A stretch of 64,000 nt of DNA from Phoronis australis (taxonomy: Eukaryota > Animalia > Phoronida), in contig NMRA01000202.1 in assembly GCA_002633005.1 (NCBI GenBank), forward strand, positions 435,977-499,976, in the 5' to 3' direction. The translations under genes were made by a program, and so were the position numbers. Below the pieces are notes generated by a model that did not search any database, was not told the origin of the DNA, and saw nothing but the letters and a program-made list of their open reading frames with translations. The number at the start of each line of letters is the position of its first letter. Within the stretch, counting starts at the first letter, position 1. Of this stretch, positions 50,621-64,000 are shown piece by piece.

Positions 50621-51907
50621 CTGAGCACGGGCTCATATGACAGCAACTGGAAGGCAAAGTAGAACGAGGTTTCAGTAATCGAAAAATTAGTGCCCTGGTT
50701 ACATGGCTGTACCTTACCAGCAGCCATTTTTAAATGTTAAGACAATTTACAAATTTCAGCTCACATGCCTCAGACCACTCATCCTGCCGGATGTTGCCAT
50801 GTTTAAACAAGTCAAGTATCATCATGAACATGCTATAATTAACGCACTTGCGTGCAGAAATGGAGAAGGAACATGCGTGAACAAATCTATCATTTGATAC
50901 TAAGTGCCTGTCTTCGACTTCAAAGTGCAATGTCCGTGACCTCTGTAAACATCAATTGCTGGTCTTTTGTTAGTGACGATGCAACATGTATTCAGGGGAG
51001 ACAATATCAACTCCATTCGAAAGCAAAATTTGTTCAGAAACTCCCTTTGCTGTTGATTACAGTGTTACCCACACTCAAAAATTCAAACAGGTCGTGTTTA
51101 CAACCACTTTGAAAATTTAGACAGGGTGCAGCACGTAGCCAACACACAAAAATGATCCAAACTGAAAAATCAATTGTGTTGTGTGCTATTTAAGCAGGTC
51201 AGAGGCAAAATCAAACAGGTTATGGTGACCTGTAAAAACGAGTCGTGCAGAACACTGGATTAAATACTCAATATATTATAACCAAGAGAAACCAATTCTA
51301 GAAAGTTGTTGCAATTCACACATATGTAACCTTGTGAACAGTGAACAGTTCATTGAAGAATCCTTCAAAAATGAATAGGCAATAAGTGCGCTGTATTTCA
51401 AAATTAGCATATGATCAGCAATCAAATTTGACAGCAATTAACAGAAGAAAAACATAGTCTAGCATCATTGAACTAGTATTGCTTTCTCAAGGAAGACTAC
51501 AATCACAAATTATTAGTCAGATGTCGAAGGCGCTGTCATGGAAATGCTTTACTGATTTACTTTTTGATTGATAAAATACCTCTAAAAGAATGTTTATGTA
51601 TGGAAACAATTTAATACCTGTAAACTGTGAACAAACAGATTAAATACAAGTTGTCAAAACCGCAAAAATGTACCTTTCTTTTTTGTCCTTAAATGCAAAT
51701 TACAGCTAGGTCACACATGGATAATTTCTGATTTCAGATGTGACGCACAGCCAAATAAGGTCTCTCTAAATTGCTTGCCAATGGGCAATCGCTTCTTAGT
51801 CGAACCATTTAGTTCAACTTGTGGTGTCATTTATTTGTATGCTTAGTGTCACAATCTGATGAGTCAAGAGAAAAATAAATGACCACTATCTTGTTTGAGT
51901 TACTCAC

Positions 51908-52056
51908 TGTTTTACTTTCAAATAGCTGACTAAACACGGACGGAGTAAATTGGGCTGATAAATACGACTGAATTTAGGCCTACTAGTAAAGGATCTTGTA
52001 AGACTTTCCGCTGTTTTGTATGTTTTCACAACAAAAGTTATCACCAGCTTCCGGTT
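51908..52056 (-). promoter_or_regulatory. Putative promoter / non-coding first exon of the metallophosphoesterase
   Basis: ETS-type CCGGAAG at 52048-52054 (minus strand) and an ACA|GTGAGT donor at 51907, upstream of the acceptor at 50646. Confidence 0.3.
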
Positions 52057-52099
52057 ATAACCAAGTTACTCATGAGACCAACGCTGGCCCAAAGAACCG

Positions 52100-52249
52100 G
52101 GGTGAGTTCAGGAAGGCTAGGACCTACGCTAGGACCTAGCTAAAATCTAGTCAAAGTCATGTGTTCTAATTTAAAATATACAGCAATGTCTCACGTAATC
52201 TCACGAAGTCTTGCGTTTTAGTGAGGTCCTAGCGCTACTGAACGGGAGG
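52100..52249 (-). mobile_element. MITE copy of the 4446-4596 family
   Basis: Reverse-complement similarity (ctaggacctacgctaggacctagc...tactgaacgggagg). Confidence 0.7.
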
Positions 52250-52504
52250 CAGTGTTGGTAGACCTACGAGTCGAGCGGGTACCAGCATTGGCCTGGTGAT
52301 ACAGAGTGCTTTGAGAAGAGAAAGTATACCGTGTTACTGTTAGCAGCTGTTAGTCAGTGACCACACCGTCTCTAGCTGGCCAGCCACAGACGGTGGTCAC
52401 TGTCTTAGCGGGTGTTAGGTAATTACATCGCACTGAACGCCGGGCGTAGGCGTACAATCAATCGAGGGGCTACGTGTTGCCTAAGGAGTAAGGGTAGTAT
52501 TAGT

Positions 52505-52579
52505 CACAGGCGTCCTCAGCTTCTGATCGTCCCCAATATGTAGTGTATTGGGGACGATCAGAAGCTGAGGACGCCTGTG
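52505..52579. repeat. Perfect 34-bp inverted repeat with 7-nt loop
   Basis: Arms 52505-52538 and 52546-52579 are exact reverse complements. Confidence 0.95.
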
Positions 52580-54844
52580 CCAGTGTGCCTGTGGTATTAA
52601 GTAAGGCTAAGCGGGTGTTAGCAGCCTTGGTGCAATGCTAACTGGTTGGTTAACGTCGGATACACTTACAGCCATACGGTACCTGTTCTACACAAAGGCA
52701 CTCTCATCAGCCGCTCGCCGTTATACTGCAATATACAGAGGCCGATTAAAGGTGCCTGTGATCTATGCAATCAGGAACAGGAAGTGGCTTACTGCTGGAC
52801 AGGTTCCCTGTGTGTGCTGCCCCCTCTTGGCGTGGGTGACAGCTCAGTGCCAGTGGCCGAGTTTACGTGACAGCAGTCGTAAACGGACGCTACGATTGTT
52901 AGTCAGTGTCAGTGGAGGAACGTGACAAATATGCTAATCGTTAATCAAGCTGATAAAAGCTAGAATTTCACTTGTCACTCATTGGCCGCAAAATTAACTT
53001 AAAATTTGTCTCACAGATGGCAGTCAAGTATTTCGATGACGTAATTCGCATTTTTTACTTACAAACAGGGTACACTTCAGTAACGCTGGACCCGTACCTT
53101 TATAGGACCTCGAGTAAAAAGCAAGACTTCACGAGCAGGGCTTGGAATTTTAAGACGATTTCGTCTTTTTTTGGCTTCGATTATCCTCTTATTTGATTTC
53201 CAGTTTCCTCTTTCTTCGTCTCTTTTTATTCTGACTTTATTCATGCAAAAATGTTTATTTCACTTAAATTTCACAACTCAAAAATATTTCCATTACACAA
53301 ACCTTTTTATTTGTGGAACGACACATCACATGGAAAACCTTCCCCTTTTTTGTCATTAGCCATTCCAAGCTCTGGCGAGTTTACGTGAGATGGCGTGTGA
53401 TTTTAAGTGAGCACTTCAGTCATTTTGGCTACTACCTTTTTCTAGTCGCGAGACAGCTACTGAACTCAAACCGTATGAATGGAGTTTTTCGCGTTGAAAG
53501 ATAAAGTTTTGTCCTATAGAACGGGAAAGTCAGTAAGTAAAAATGTATGGCCGGGTAGATACAACAGAAGAAAACATTAGCACGAGTGCTAATTACCGAT
53601 AAAATACATGCGTAGAGAATTATTTATAAAGATGTAAAGAATATAATATAGAGAAAGAACATAAGAATTATGATAAAAATCATAGTCAAAACCCTGATGA
53701 TTGTCAATACAAAGCAAAAGACATGACATAACATCGGATAGTTCGACACTCACAGTCTTCTCTTAAACATGAGGGGGCTGGGGTTGGGGGGATATAGCCC
53801 CCACTTATTTCAGTGCTGATAGAAAAGTCGGGACCATGAATTCAATTTTTGTCAGGTCATTGCAACATTCAATTGATTCTGGCAATTTGTTCCACAGAGA
53901 GACATCTCGATATGTAAGAATTTTAGACCGTAATTAGATGAATGAAATCTCGTCGAGACAGATGTCCCCGGAAGTTATAGGAAGCAATCTTGAGCTGAGG
54001 ACCTGAGCCTAAACTGTACATAGTGGACGGCTTAAAAGCATCTTAATGTAAACACATCATTCGATGAGCCAGTAATGGAACAGAGTTTGCCGGCTTGGTA
54101 GCAAAGCCGAATACAAAGACTGGTATTCATTTAACACAAACTTGAGGGCACGAAACTTAATCATTTCTATTTTTCTGCCTCGTAAAACAAGTGGACAGTA
54201 GGCCTAATAACAAATCGAATACTTTACTGAGTAGTTGGAAACATAGAAGCCCCCTTGGAAGAAGCACTTACTTTCATTATAATTCTACGGCAGGAAGCTG
54301 GAATATTTGTTTGAAAGGGTGACGGTCTACTGTGACTTTGAAAGCCGTTTCATTGATTTCCTGAGACTTCTGTTGCAGGAAATTAACTATTTCCTTCAAA
54401 TGGTGATTGCTTCCTCATTGCGACTTGGGACAACGTGCGGCCGTCGCCGCGTGACCGTCCACTGAAGCCAAAAGAACTGCTTTGAGTTACGCAATTTTGT
54501 CTGGATAATGGTGTTGTGCCTAATTCATTTACTAAATATCTAAGGTGTCACGTTTCTCCAGTGTAAGCCTACCACTTCTGTGAGTTTCATTCTTCAATGT
54601 ACAAACTGATCCTGTCGTAGTTGGACATTTTTTTTCATTCCATGTTGCTGAAATATTTTCCTTTAGATGAAGGTAAAAACAATTTTGTAGCGTCTGTGAA
54701 AGCGCGAATTTAAAACTTAGTGGTGCACAGTCATGACCAAATGGAGCATCTTAGACCTATATTAAAACTGTCTCCTGCTGAGCGATCAGGCTCAAAACCT
54801 GAAGTCAGTGACGTCAGTGGTTCGTATGCAGAGTGAATGCCGCT

Positions 54845-55035
54845 ATGTTGCGGTGCATCGTTCCCGCTTGTCCGAACTAAGCAGCTGCCAGGAAAGCGGG
54901 TATATCGTTTTTTTTTTTTTACTTCCTCGAGAGTCCGAAATGCTTAAGAAGTGGCTCGTGGTAGTGAAGAATGAAATGTACGTTGTAAATAGCAAGTATG
55001 AGGCCGTGAAACATCTCCGTGTCTGTGGCCTGCAG
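54845..55035 (+). pseudogene. Degenerate THAP-domain coding fragment (transposon remnant)
   Basis: MLRCIVPACPN*..GISFF(fs)LPRESEMLKKWL...LRVCGL: C..C, FF.LP, W and RVC of the THAP C2CH fold, with a stop and a frameshift. Confidence 0.6.
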
Positions 55036-56685
55036 ACGTCGACAGTGCCTCACGAATGCCGGCTTACCAAATAACTCCATACGTTCCGTTGTCTGAGCTT
55101 GTTCACGGCGCCTCTCTAGTAATTCTTCATCACTGTATTCCTGTTCGAATTGATAGCCTGTAAAACTTAACGATCCACCTGCGAAGTCGGGACTGATGAG
55201 CTCTAGCTCGTCCTAAGTCGGGATTGCGAGTTGCCATGTTGGTGTTTATTACTGAGCGTTCTGTTTCAAAACGAATTATTCTCACCCTAACCAATATATT
55301 AAACTGAAACAAAGTCTGTCTCATTAGATGCAATCTGTAATGCCTTTGGAGTGTTCGTGAGTGCAAATAATTTGAGAAGCCAGATAAATCACTGCGTAAC
55401 CGGCTTAGGTACAATAAAACTAATTGATGGGACACCGAGGCCGTGTGAGCTCATGCTAATTTAGTGTTTGCTGGCAGAAACTGTTGTGAAACAACTCGAT
55501 TGCCATCCCGCGGCTAGGTGTTAGGGGAATCTTTATTTACATTTACATTACTCAAATAATGATTGTCAATGTACAACTTCTGCCCTGACGGTGCTGTGGG
55601 AAAAGCGGAACCTGAATTCGCGGCCCCCGACGAGTAAGTAGACTCAGTTTCCGCGTAGCTAATTCACCAACATAATCACGTGAACATTACTTTAGCTCAC
55701 TAGTATAGTATTTTCTTGACTGGAAGTTTAGTTTCCACTGAACTTTGGCTGGTTTATGTTCGTGATGTCTGATCAGTTTCCGAGCCACTGGCCGGGATAA
55801 CGACTCAATCCGGCCGGCCGCGACGCTGGGGCCTGATCGGGCTCCGAGCCACTAGCCAGGATAACAAGCGTTACAATTGTGTTTAGAACTCAAAAAATCG
55901 CAAGTCTAAACAACACAGATCTAGGTTCTCCTGTCTGTATCTCACGGAAAATACTTCGAAATTATCTCCGAACACACCCCAAACTCATGCTACGGACCTT
56001 ATTGGCCTGCCGAACTTTGTAGGCTACGGTGCGGTGTCCAAATACCAATAAATCCGTAAGAGCGAAATAAAACAACACGTTTTTATAAGAACTCGGTGTA
56101 TTTTTAAGGGCTTCACATCGAAGTTTGATGATTTATTGGTGCTAAACGATGACTTCAAGCGATAAGCTGACACCAGTAACCCGTGTGGTGAACTGCTGAA
56201 CAGACTGCGCGTGAAACCGATGACGTCATTGGATAATTTCAACACCTCCGTTTGCCGTCAGGTGTCAGGTAACGCAACCGTACGTGTCGTTATGGAGTAG
56301 AACTACTCGATCTAAATTGATACAAATTAGGTTGTTTTTTGGGTGGCATGCTCCTTTAATGCAATACCGAATCACTTCAAGAAATGATACTGCCACACAC
56401 TGTTGAGTAAAGCAATTACCGCATTAGACAAGTCTTCACGGATAGCACTGGCTAAAATGAATTGATAAATCGTGGATTAAAACTGGTGATTTTTGGAAAT
56501 GTTTGGCTTCTGAATTGATTTTTTCACAAAAAATTAACTTATTGGAGTTTCTACCAGAAGAACTATGATCACTGAAGCTTAACGCGTCTAGTAAAAAAGT
56601 AGTGAATTTAGATGCGTTGTGACTCTGTTCTCTGGTACTCGTTGATGCACTGTTTAATTTTTTGAACCGCAGTAGATAATTGGGC

Positions 56686-56922
56686 TGCGAGCTCCTCCCC
56701 CCCATTTGGCGAAGTGGGCAAAAAGGCCCGCCTCAGAGAAACAAAAAGTTCGAAAAGTAGAGGACGAGACAAAAGTCCACTAAAAAGGCGGAACTACCAA
56801 AATTCGACGAATGCACATTTTATAGCTCTGAACGAAACCGTTTTTCTTTTCATTTTTAGTAAAAAGTCCACATCCCCAAAAATTCGAGACCCCTCATTTT
56901 TTTAGGCTGGGTGCGCGCATGT
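56686..56922 (-). mobile_element. Truncated inverted copy of the 22832-23082 MITE
   Basis: Shares ccccccatttggcgaag...ccgcctc and ends tgggtgcgcgcatg. Confidence 0.65.
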
Positions 56923-59489
56923 TGTGTCGTCTACTTCTGTGCTTGACTCGCTAGAGAAAATAAGCGGCAGTAGCACGTGTATACTCGTGCACGACTGTCT
57001 GGAGATTAACTCTGATCAGATGCATGTATGATAGCATACGTTAGTGATGGCTTACGAAGTGAGTGCACGCCAGGTACGGTAGTACTGAAGTTAGAAAGTG
57101 ATAACAGGCCGTTTACGAATATATGACTAGGATATGGTAGAGAATTCTACAAGGCGCTATACTGTTCTGAAGGGGGTTTTACCTGGCAGTGAACTCATCA
57201 CTGTACTTGCCGTGTTTCTTCTACTCTGTTTATATTAACAAAATGAAAGACCACAGAAACTTCTGTCTCGTAGACGTAACAATCTCGCAAAATCGTAAAT
57301 CACGCAAATCTTTGCGAGATGTCAAAATGTGCAAGCGAAGCACGTTGCTACACTAGAACTTTTCTCGTCATTGTCTTGGATCTACGGAACGCAGTCCTGC
57401 TTTCTGTTCGTATATTATTAGGTGTTAAAAAGTGGAGCTTTAATACATTAGCTCCATCTTGTGAATGTAAAGTCTTGCATTTGACTGCATTTGGATTTCT
57501 TAGTGTCGACTGATAGTACAGTAGCCAAAAATGAGTACCTAGAAAATTATTGGTAGTATAAGGTTTTTTGGTTGTTTCATGTGTAGGTGTATACCTTTAT
57601 GTGTTTTAGCTGGGTTGTAATCTTGACAACCTTGATCATTTTGGAATAAGGTCGTAATGTGTTCATTTGTGTCTCGGTTTGTCAACGGACGTGGCTTATT
57701 TTCCGTAAATCATAATTGCGATCAATGTTATTTCTCATTAGATGCTAAGTCCAATAAGCAAAATGATATAAAATCAAAAATATTTTTAAACGTTTTGAAG
57801 GTGAATTTATTTCATTCTATATTTAATTGTTATCCAACTGAGTGAAGACTGCTGCAAATTTAATCAGCGACAAGCACGATCGTTCTCCATAAGTTGCGTA
57901 AACATGGTTCCGCGACATGATTGGCTAGAATTATTAGTTTGATTGACGTGCCGGAACTATTTACTGCTAACTACACAGCAAAAATATGGGCTGTACCAGA
58001 AAGTGCTGGCTGTACTAAAGGGAGCACAGCAGTTCATGTTTACTGATGACACTGAGGGGAGAGATAAGACAGGAAAAGACTCTCACAAGAATCCGTGGTA
58101 ATGAATTTAAATTTGAACACCTGATTTATTGCGGCTTTTTATAAGCATTGCCACCTGCCTGGAGGCCCTGCGCTTTCGGGTGCACACCAAAACTTATAAA
58201 AAAAACTTGTGTGTAAATAAATATAATCAAATTCCACGTTCGTTGATCTCGACAGAGTTGACAGTTTGTTTATAACTATACAACAAGAACAGATTGACAA
58301 TTGATTCCATCAATGGGGTGCTATACAAGAGGTCATTCATGTAAGATGAAATTTTGTATATTAATTTCAGAAGAACGGGAAAGATCATGAGCAGCGAACC
58401 ATGAGGGACGGGGGGGTTATAGTCCCCCCATTTTTTTCAGTGCTGCGCCGCCCATGAAAATTAGTGACAATGGAAACTTACAGCAGAGATTTGCCCCCCC
58501 CCCTCTCAGAGAACGGGCCACTAGTGATGACTTAAATGAAAAGAGGAAATGAAACGGACATAGAAACTATGCCAGGAGGCCTCCGCAGAGTATGCGTAGC
58601 CCTGCATAACTTACAAAATTATTTGATTGTTTTCCACGGACGTACAGTGTATAAGCATTTCGCTCATACATCTATGAAGGGCGGTGAATCATTTTCGCGG
58701 TATAGTTTACATTATTTACGACTGTTTGAATTAACACCATGTTTTATCAGGTTGACATTTATTACTGGACAAAATATAATATCGAGTGTGTATTTTTTAC
58801 ACTCTTCACACATTACGTCAGTTAAGAAACCCCATTAATCCGTGTCTAGCAGAAAGAAATATCACCGCTTTGGGTTTTATTTTGATGCCGTCAATAAGAA
58901 GTAAGCCAATGGCACACGCATGCGTAAAACCATACGATCTGACCATGCGTTTTTTGTCCGACTGATAACGCAGCTTGCGTTACACACATTATCTGCGTGA
59001 ATAGTGACTTTTTGACATCACCCGGTACCGAGCCTACAATCCCCCAGGTCGCATTCTAATGCTCTGTTGGCGTTGCTGAATTCAACTCGATAAATGGCAG
59101 AGTTCTATTGGAATTATTTTGAGTGTCCGAAAATCGCGCGACTTTACCGTATTTTATTTTTTATTTACTAGTTGATTTAAAGAAGCTGGCAGACAATAGC
59201 TAGAATAGGCGACGTGTGATGAAATCACAAAAACACAACAAAATTTGTTGTTTTATAGCTCTAGTTAAATCTAATAACTTCGAGAAGTCTAACAATAATA
59301 TGAATATGCTTTTTTGGCTGTAAAATCTACATAGACCGTGATCCCAGAGGTTTTTTGGGCATGAAAAGGTAACCTATTTTCTGTGGTACCACAGTGCTCT
59401 GTGGGTATCTTGATGCTTGGAAATGGCCGTCTGGCAGGTTCGCTTTGGTGGGTGTGGTCAGGGGCCGGGAGCCAAGAGAATGGCACTCA

Positions 59490-60690
59490 AAAATTGAGCT
59501 AGATCAACTTTTCTGGTAACCACTTCAAACTGCCTTCGATAACTACTACGTAATCCACTGTATCAAAATTGGTCACTGTCAATTTCAGTGGTGGAAAATA
59601 TCAGCCAGACGCTTATAAACATGGTAAAAAATTGAGCTAGATCAATCCAAGAGGTAACCGCATTAAAGCAGTTGCAAAATATTCACCGTGAGCCCAGGTA
59701 TCTCGAATGAACACTGCCAGACAAATCTAGTGGTGGGTTAGCCCCGCCAGACACGCTCAAATACCCGAGATGATCTAGATCAACCCACCAGGTAACCATC
59801 TGAAACCAATTGCACGATGTTCAGCACCACTGTACATGGCACAACAGTTAGATGCCAGACAATTTCAGTGGTGGGTGCCCCTGCCAGACGATTATCAAAA
59901 AGGGTTAGAAATTGAGCTAGATCAACCCAAGAGGTAACTACTAAAACCAGTTGCAAAATATTCACCGTAAGTCTAGGTATCTCGAATGAACACAGCCAGA
60001 CAAATCTAGTGGTGGGTTACCCCCGCCAGACACGCCCAGGAACCTGAGTTGAGCAAGATCAACCCACTAGGTAACCGTTTGAAACCAATTGCACGAAGTT
60101 CAGCATCATTGTACATGCCACAACCGTAAGATGCCAGACAATTTCAGCGGTGGGGTGCCCTTGACAGACGATTATCAAAAAGGGTTAAAAATTGAGCTAG
60201 ATCAACCCAAGAGGTAACCGCTTAAAACCAGTTGCAAAATATTCACCTTACGATATCGCGAATAAACACTGCCACACAAATCTAGTGGTGGGTTAGCCCT
60301 ACTAGACACGCCCAAATACCTGAGTTGAGCTAGTAACCATTTGAAACCAAATGCATGATGCGCAGCATCACTGCACATGGCATAACAGTAAGATGCCAGA
60401 CAATTTCAGCGGTGTGGTGCCCCTGCCAGACGACTAAAGAAAGGGCTGAAATTTGAGGTAAATCAACCCAAGAGGTAACCGCATGCAACCAGTTACAAAA
60501 TATTCTACGTAAGCCCATGTATCATGAATAAACACTGCGAAACAAGTCTAGAGGTGGGTTAGCTCCGCCGCACACGACCAAATATCTGAGTTGGGCCAGA
60601 TTTATCCGCCAGGTAACAGTTTGACACCATTTGCATAATGTCGAACAACATTCTGCATGCAACAAAAGGTACCTTACAGACATTTTCAGC
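59490..60690. repeat. Satellite with ~140-bp monomers in ~280-bp dimers
   Basis: gagctagatcaac-type marker at ~59496, 59635, 59772, 59914, 60051, 60194, 60326; alternating subunit types. Confidence 0.85.
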
Positions 60691-62272
60691 CGTGGGGCAG
60701 TAGCATTCAGAGGTTTGGTCGACGCAGGGGCGACTTTTTATTAGCCGCCTCTCTCTCTCTCTACTCAAATGCATATATCCTATTCAGGCCCGTAACCGTG
60801 GCATCTTTGATATTTTGCAAAAGTCGACACTGTAGAGTTTTCGGCAAGGCCTTTGACGCAGCTCAATTAGGGGAAGGGAAATCTGTATACACAACGTTGA
60901 CTCTCAGCTCTATGTTCACGAGATGAGACGAAATTTGTAAGAACAGAAATGAGGATGCTGTGACGTTTGCTCGCAAAGAATGGGACACAAATTCGGACGT
61001 AATGTGGTCCAGAAAGAAAACTTTCTCGCATTATCTCCTGCCAAATTTTCATATCAACCATGCTTAAATAATTTTCAAACTCAGGTGTGATTTTTAGCCT
61101 TTAAAATGCAAAAATAAACGATATTTTGGTTATTAGATCCACCTATATCGACTACAACGCCCGGGCACTAAAACATTTGGTCTGGATTTCATGTACATGT
61201 AGACAGTGACCACCGCCTCCAGCTGACTAGCACAGCTTAGGAAACGGTGGTCAGATTTTACTGTGCATGAGAAATTGCCCGCATGTCTTAAAATGCGTAC
61301 GCACTTACTTTTTTATATGTTATGTATATGTAGAATTCTGATGAATTATCAACCATGACACATTCATCAAATTCATGTCAAGATCGCATTGCAGTGCGAG
61401 GTACACGGCTGGGTCGAAACTAAATGAAGTTAGTGGGCCACCCTGTCCGTGCCTGTCCTCACGAAGTCAGGGAGTTCCATTTAGTCTTCTTAAATTTGAA
61501 ACCGCCGTTGGTTGCAGCAGCCTTGGCGAGTGCCCCAGGTGTTGTCTCTTCTTGAGAATATGAGTCGTGATCACACAATCAAGAGTAGTGAACTGAATTT
61601 TAGAAGGTAACGAACCTTCGGAGTAGTGGACATTCGGAGTACTGAACCTTCGGAGTATTAAACCTTTGTCATAGTGACATGGAACCTTGGAAATCTTTTC
61701 CATCAAGTTTGTAGCTCGTATGAAGTCTACAGGGTTGTGTACCATTGACATTGAATGAATAGAGAAGATTTTCATTGACCAAAGTTGAGTTCTAGGCCTA
61801 CTTTTCCGTCATAACGTGAAAATGATATTAAAAGAACAGAGAAGCTCACACGTGTGTGTACACGCATGGATGTCAATCCACCAAACCACAATTAAAGTGG
61901 ACACTGGATGAACAACAAATTTGCATATTTGGCCATCACTTTCAATTCAAAATTTGAAAACGCCTACACTTCTACCGTACTGTGCTTGCAATTAGACCAA
62001 AATAGCAGAATAACAAATTTCATTTTTCTGCTGTTTGGCATGGTTTCACACCACATTAAGTTTTGGTCGTTCTTTTTCTCTTAAAAGCACAAAAAACGCT
62101 AATGATATTGATTATTGTAATTTAATTAGTGTTGTGGTGATTTCGATAATGGCAACAAAAAATACAAGCTAATTCCTTACCAAACGGCCTAATAAATACG
62201 CCATTTTTATTTTGTGCACCCACTGAAAGCTACGTCATCATGTAGACACGTGACTTTTTGCTGTGGATCCTG

Positions 62273-62423
62273 TCTCCCGTTCAGCAACGCTAGGACCTCT
62301 CTAAAAAGCAAGACTTCGCGAGATTACGTGAGATATTGCCGTGTATTTTAAATGAGAGCACGTGACTTTGACTATGTTTTAGCTAGGTCCTAGCGTAGGT
62401 CCTAGCGTCTACTGAACGCACGC
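62273..62423 (+). mobile_element. 151-bp MITE copy, CTG flanks
   Basis: Colinear with 4446-4596; CTG on both sides. Confidence 0.75.
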
Positions 62424-64000
62424 CTGCTGTGTGCTTGTTGGCCGGTGCAGTTGAAGCAAATAATTTGCAGACAAGGGGGTCAAGGGGAGATTTTGAGAAA
62501 CATGATATTCAGTGGCCTGGAACGCGAAAAACAGGCTAAATTGAATTATTCACAGTGGTTCTCGGCGACTGAAACGGAATTCAACCTGCTCACAAAGCAT
62601 TCTCACGGTTTGTTCGTAAAGATTTTGAATTTCTGTTGATGTCAAAGCATTTTTCTTTTAGTTTGAAATTTCAAAAAGCGATCCACCAACTGCTCGTCAC
62701 TTTAACGAATTATCTCCCACATGGCAAAGCACGTCTCCTTATATGGTAATTGACAAGACACAGATGTAGCACATTTCCCTTATATTAAAATATTTCACAG
62801 ATATTCTAAAATTTCATTTGCTAACATAGGAGTACTTATTTTCGTTGAGAAATTTTGTACGATGGCAATCTTGCGTAGTGGTTAGTAATTGTATCCGTCC
62901 GTCATTGCAACGGAAATATTTCACGACAACATGCGATTAAGTCTTCGGTAAAATTTATCAATAATTATATGAGTAATGTGAACGGGACACTGAATCGTTT
63001 TTCATCTTGACGCTATGGCAACGCGAACTGACACAAATAGGTTAACAAGCCTTTTACATACAAAGAATTTAGTTAAGTGAATTTCACTTGCGTTTCGTGT
63101 TCCAATTCTAATGTGACAGATCATGAATTAAGCCGTCTTAAAACAAGGTGATTTTGAAACTGCATGTCGCCATTTTTAGCTGGCTAAAAACAAAAATAGA
63201 ATTTGACATTTTTCTCTCATAAAAATTGGTCTCATAATATACCATGCCGTGATAGGATTCTACTTCCGTTACGGTAAGGAATATTATGAGAGTGAAGGGT
63301 ATTTCGATTTTCGTTTTTAGCCAGCTAAACACTGCGAAATGCAGCGTTAAGTAGATTTTGCAGTTTAGAAAAGGCACGTGCGCGCGGAGTGTAATCAGCT
63401 AGCAAAATCAAGCTAGAAGCAGGAAACTATGCTCTTGGTACCCTCACGTGATACTTAACGCGGGGTTTCCAAGCTGAAATTTGCACCGTCGCCATGGAAA
63501 CCATGTATATTGCCAGTCAAAATCAGCAAATTCAGGTGTTGAGGGCAAATTTAAGTTTGCAGTAAGCACTCTTGCCGAGAGTACTTGGATTGACTTTTTG
63601 TTAAACCGTAGGGGTGCTGCTAAGGGAACTGGGTACCTAAAAATAATTGCCATGACAACTAACGCAAGTAACTGCTTCTTTGACATCACTCAAGCTGCAT
63701 AATTCGCAAACATCAGAAATGTATGAAATATGAAAGGTGTGACATATATATATTCTGATTCCGCAAATCCAACAAAGCGTTGCCATGACAGCGGAGACGC
63801 TCATCATCACGAGCATTCAAGGCAATGCCAGTGGCGTTGCTACAGTGATTCTTTGGATTAATTAGAGGCGCAAAGCCTGCATTCTTTCCAAGATATCTTT
63901 AGTCTATTATCAAAACAAGTTCACCGTTTCTTCGTTTGACGCGTTACTGCAAAATTTCCTAGCATAATTACGCTTTTGTTTTATTGTATATGCAGTTTAG

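Overview
Intron-rich, repeat-rich animal (invertebrate-type) genomic DNA from a heterozygous draft assembly: one 239-N gap and three single-N joins flanked by duplicated, allele-like sequence. Three multi-exon genes were rebuilt by hand from splice sites, intron phase and motifs. Two are tandem AQP8-like aquaporins on + (CDS 2513-13770 and 24783-36513). The third is a Cdc1/MPPE1-family membrane metallophosphoesterase on - (50620-43850) with a probable GC-AG intron. A candidate orphan single-exon ORF lies at 41707-42186. The rest is mostly non-autonomous transposons: a palindrome-capped element carrying a tRNA-like promoter (two inverted copies bracket the aquaporin pair), 5-bp-TSD MITEs, CWG-flanked MITEs, TTAA/Kolobok-type remnants with THAP and P2X7-tail-like fragments, a Helentron-associated (HINE)-like element, SINE heads and satellites. 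No clearly new biological system is demonstrable from sequence alone. The best leads are the recombinase-site-like palindromic element, an apparently polymorphic KolobokP-like insertion, the variant metallophosphoesterase and the orphan ORF. Family assignments come from recalled motifs, not database searches.
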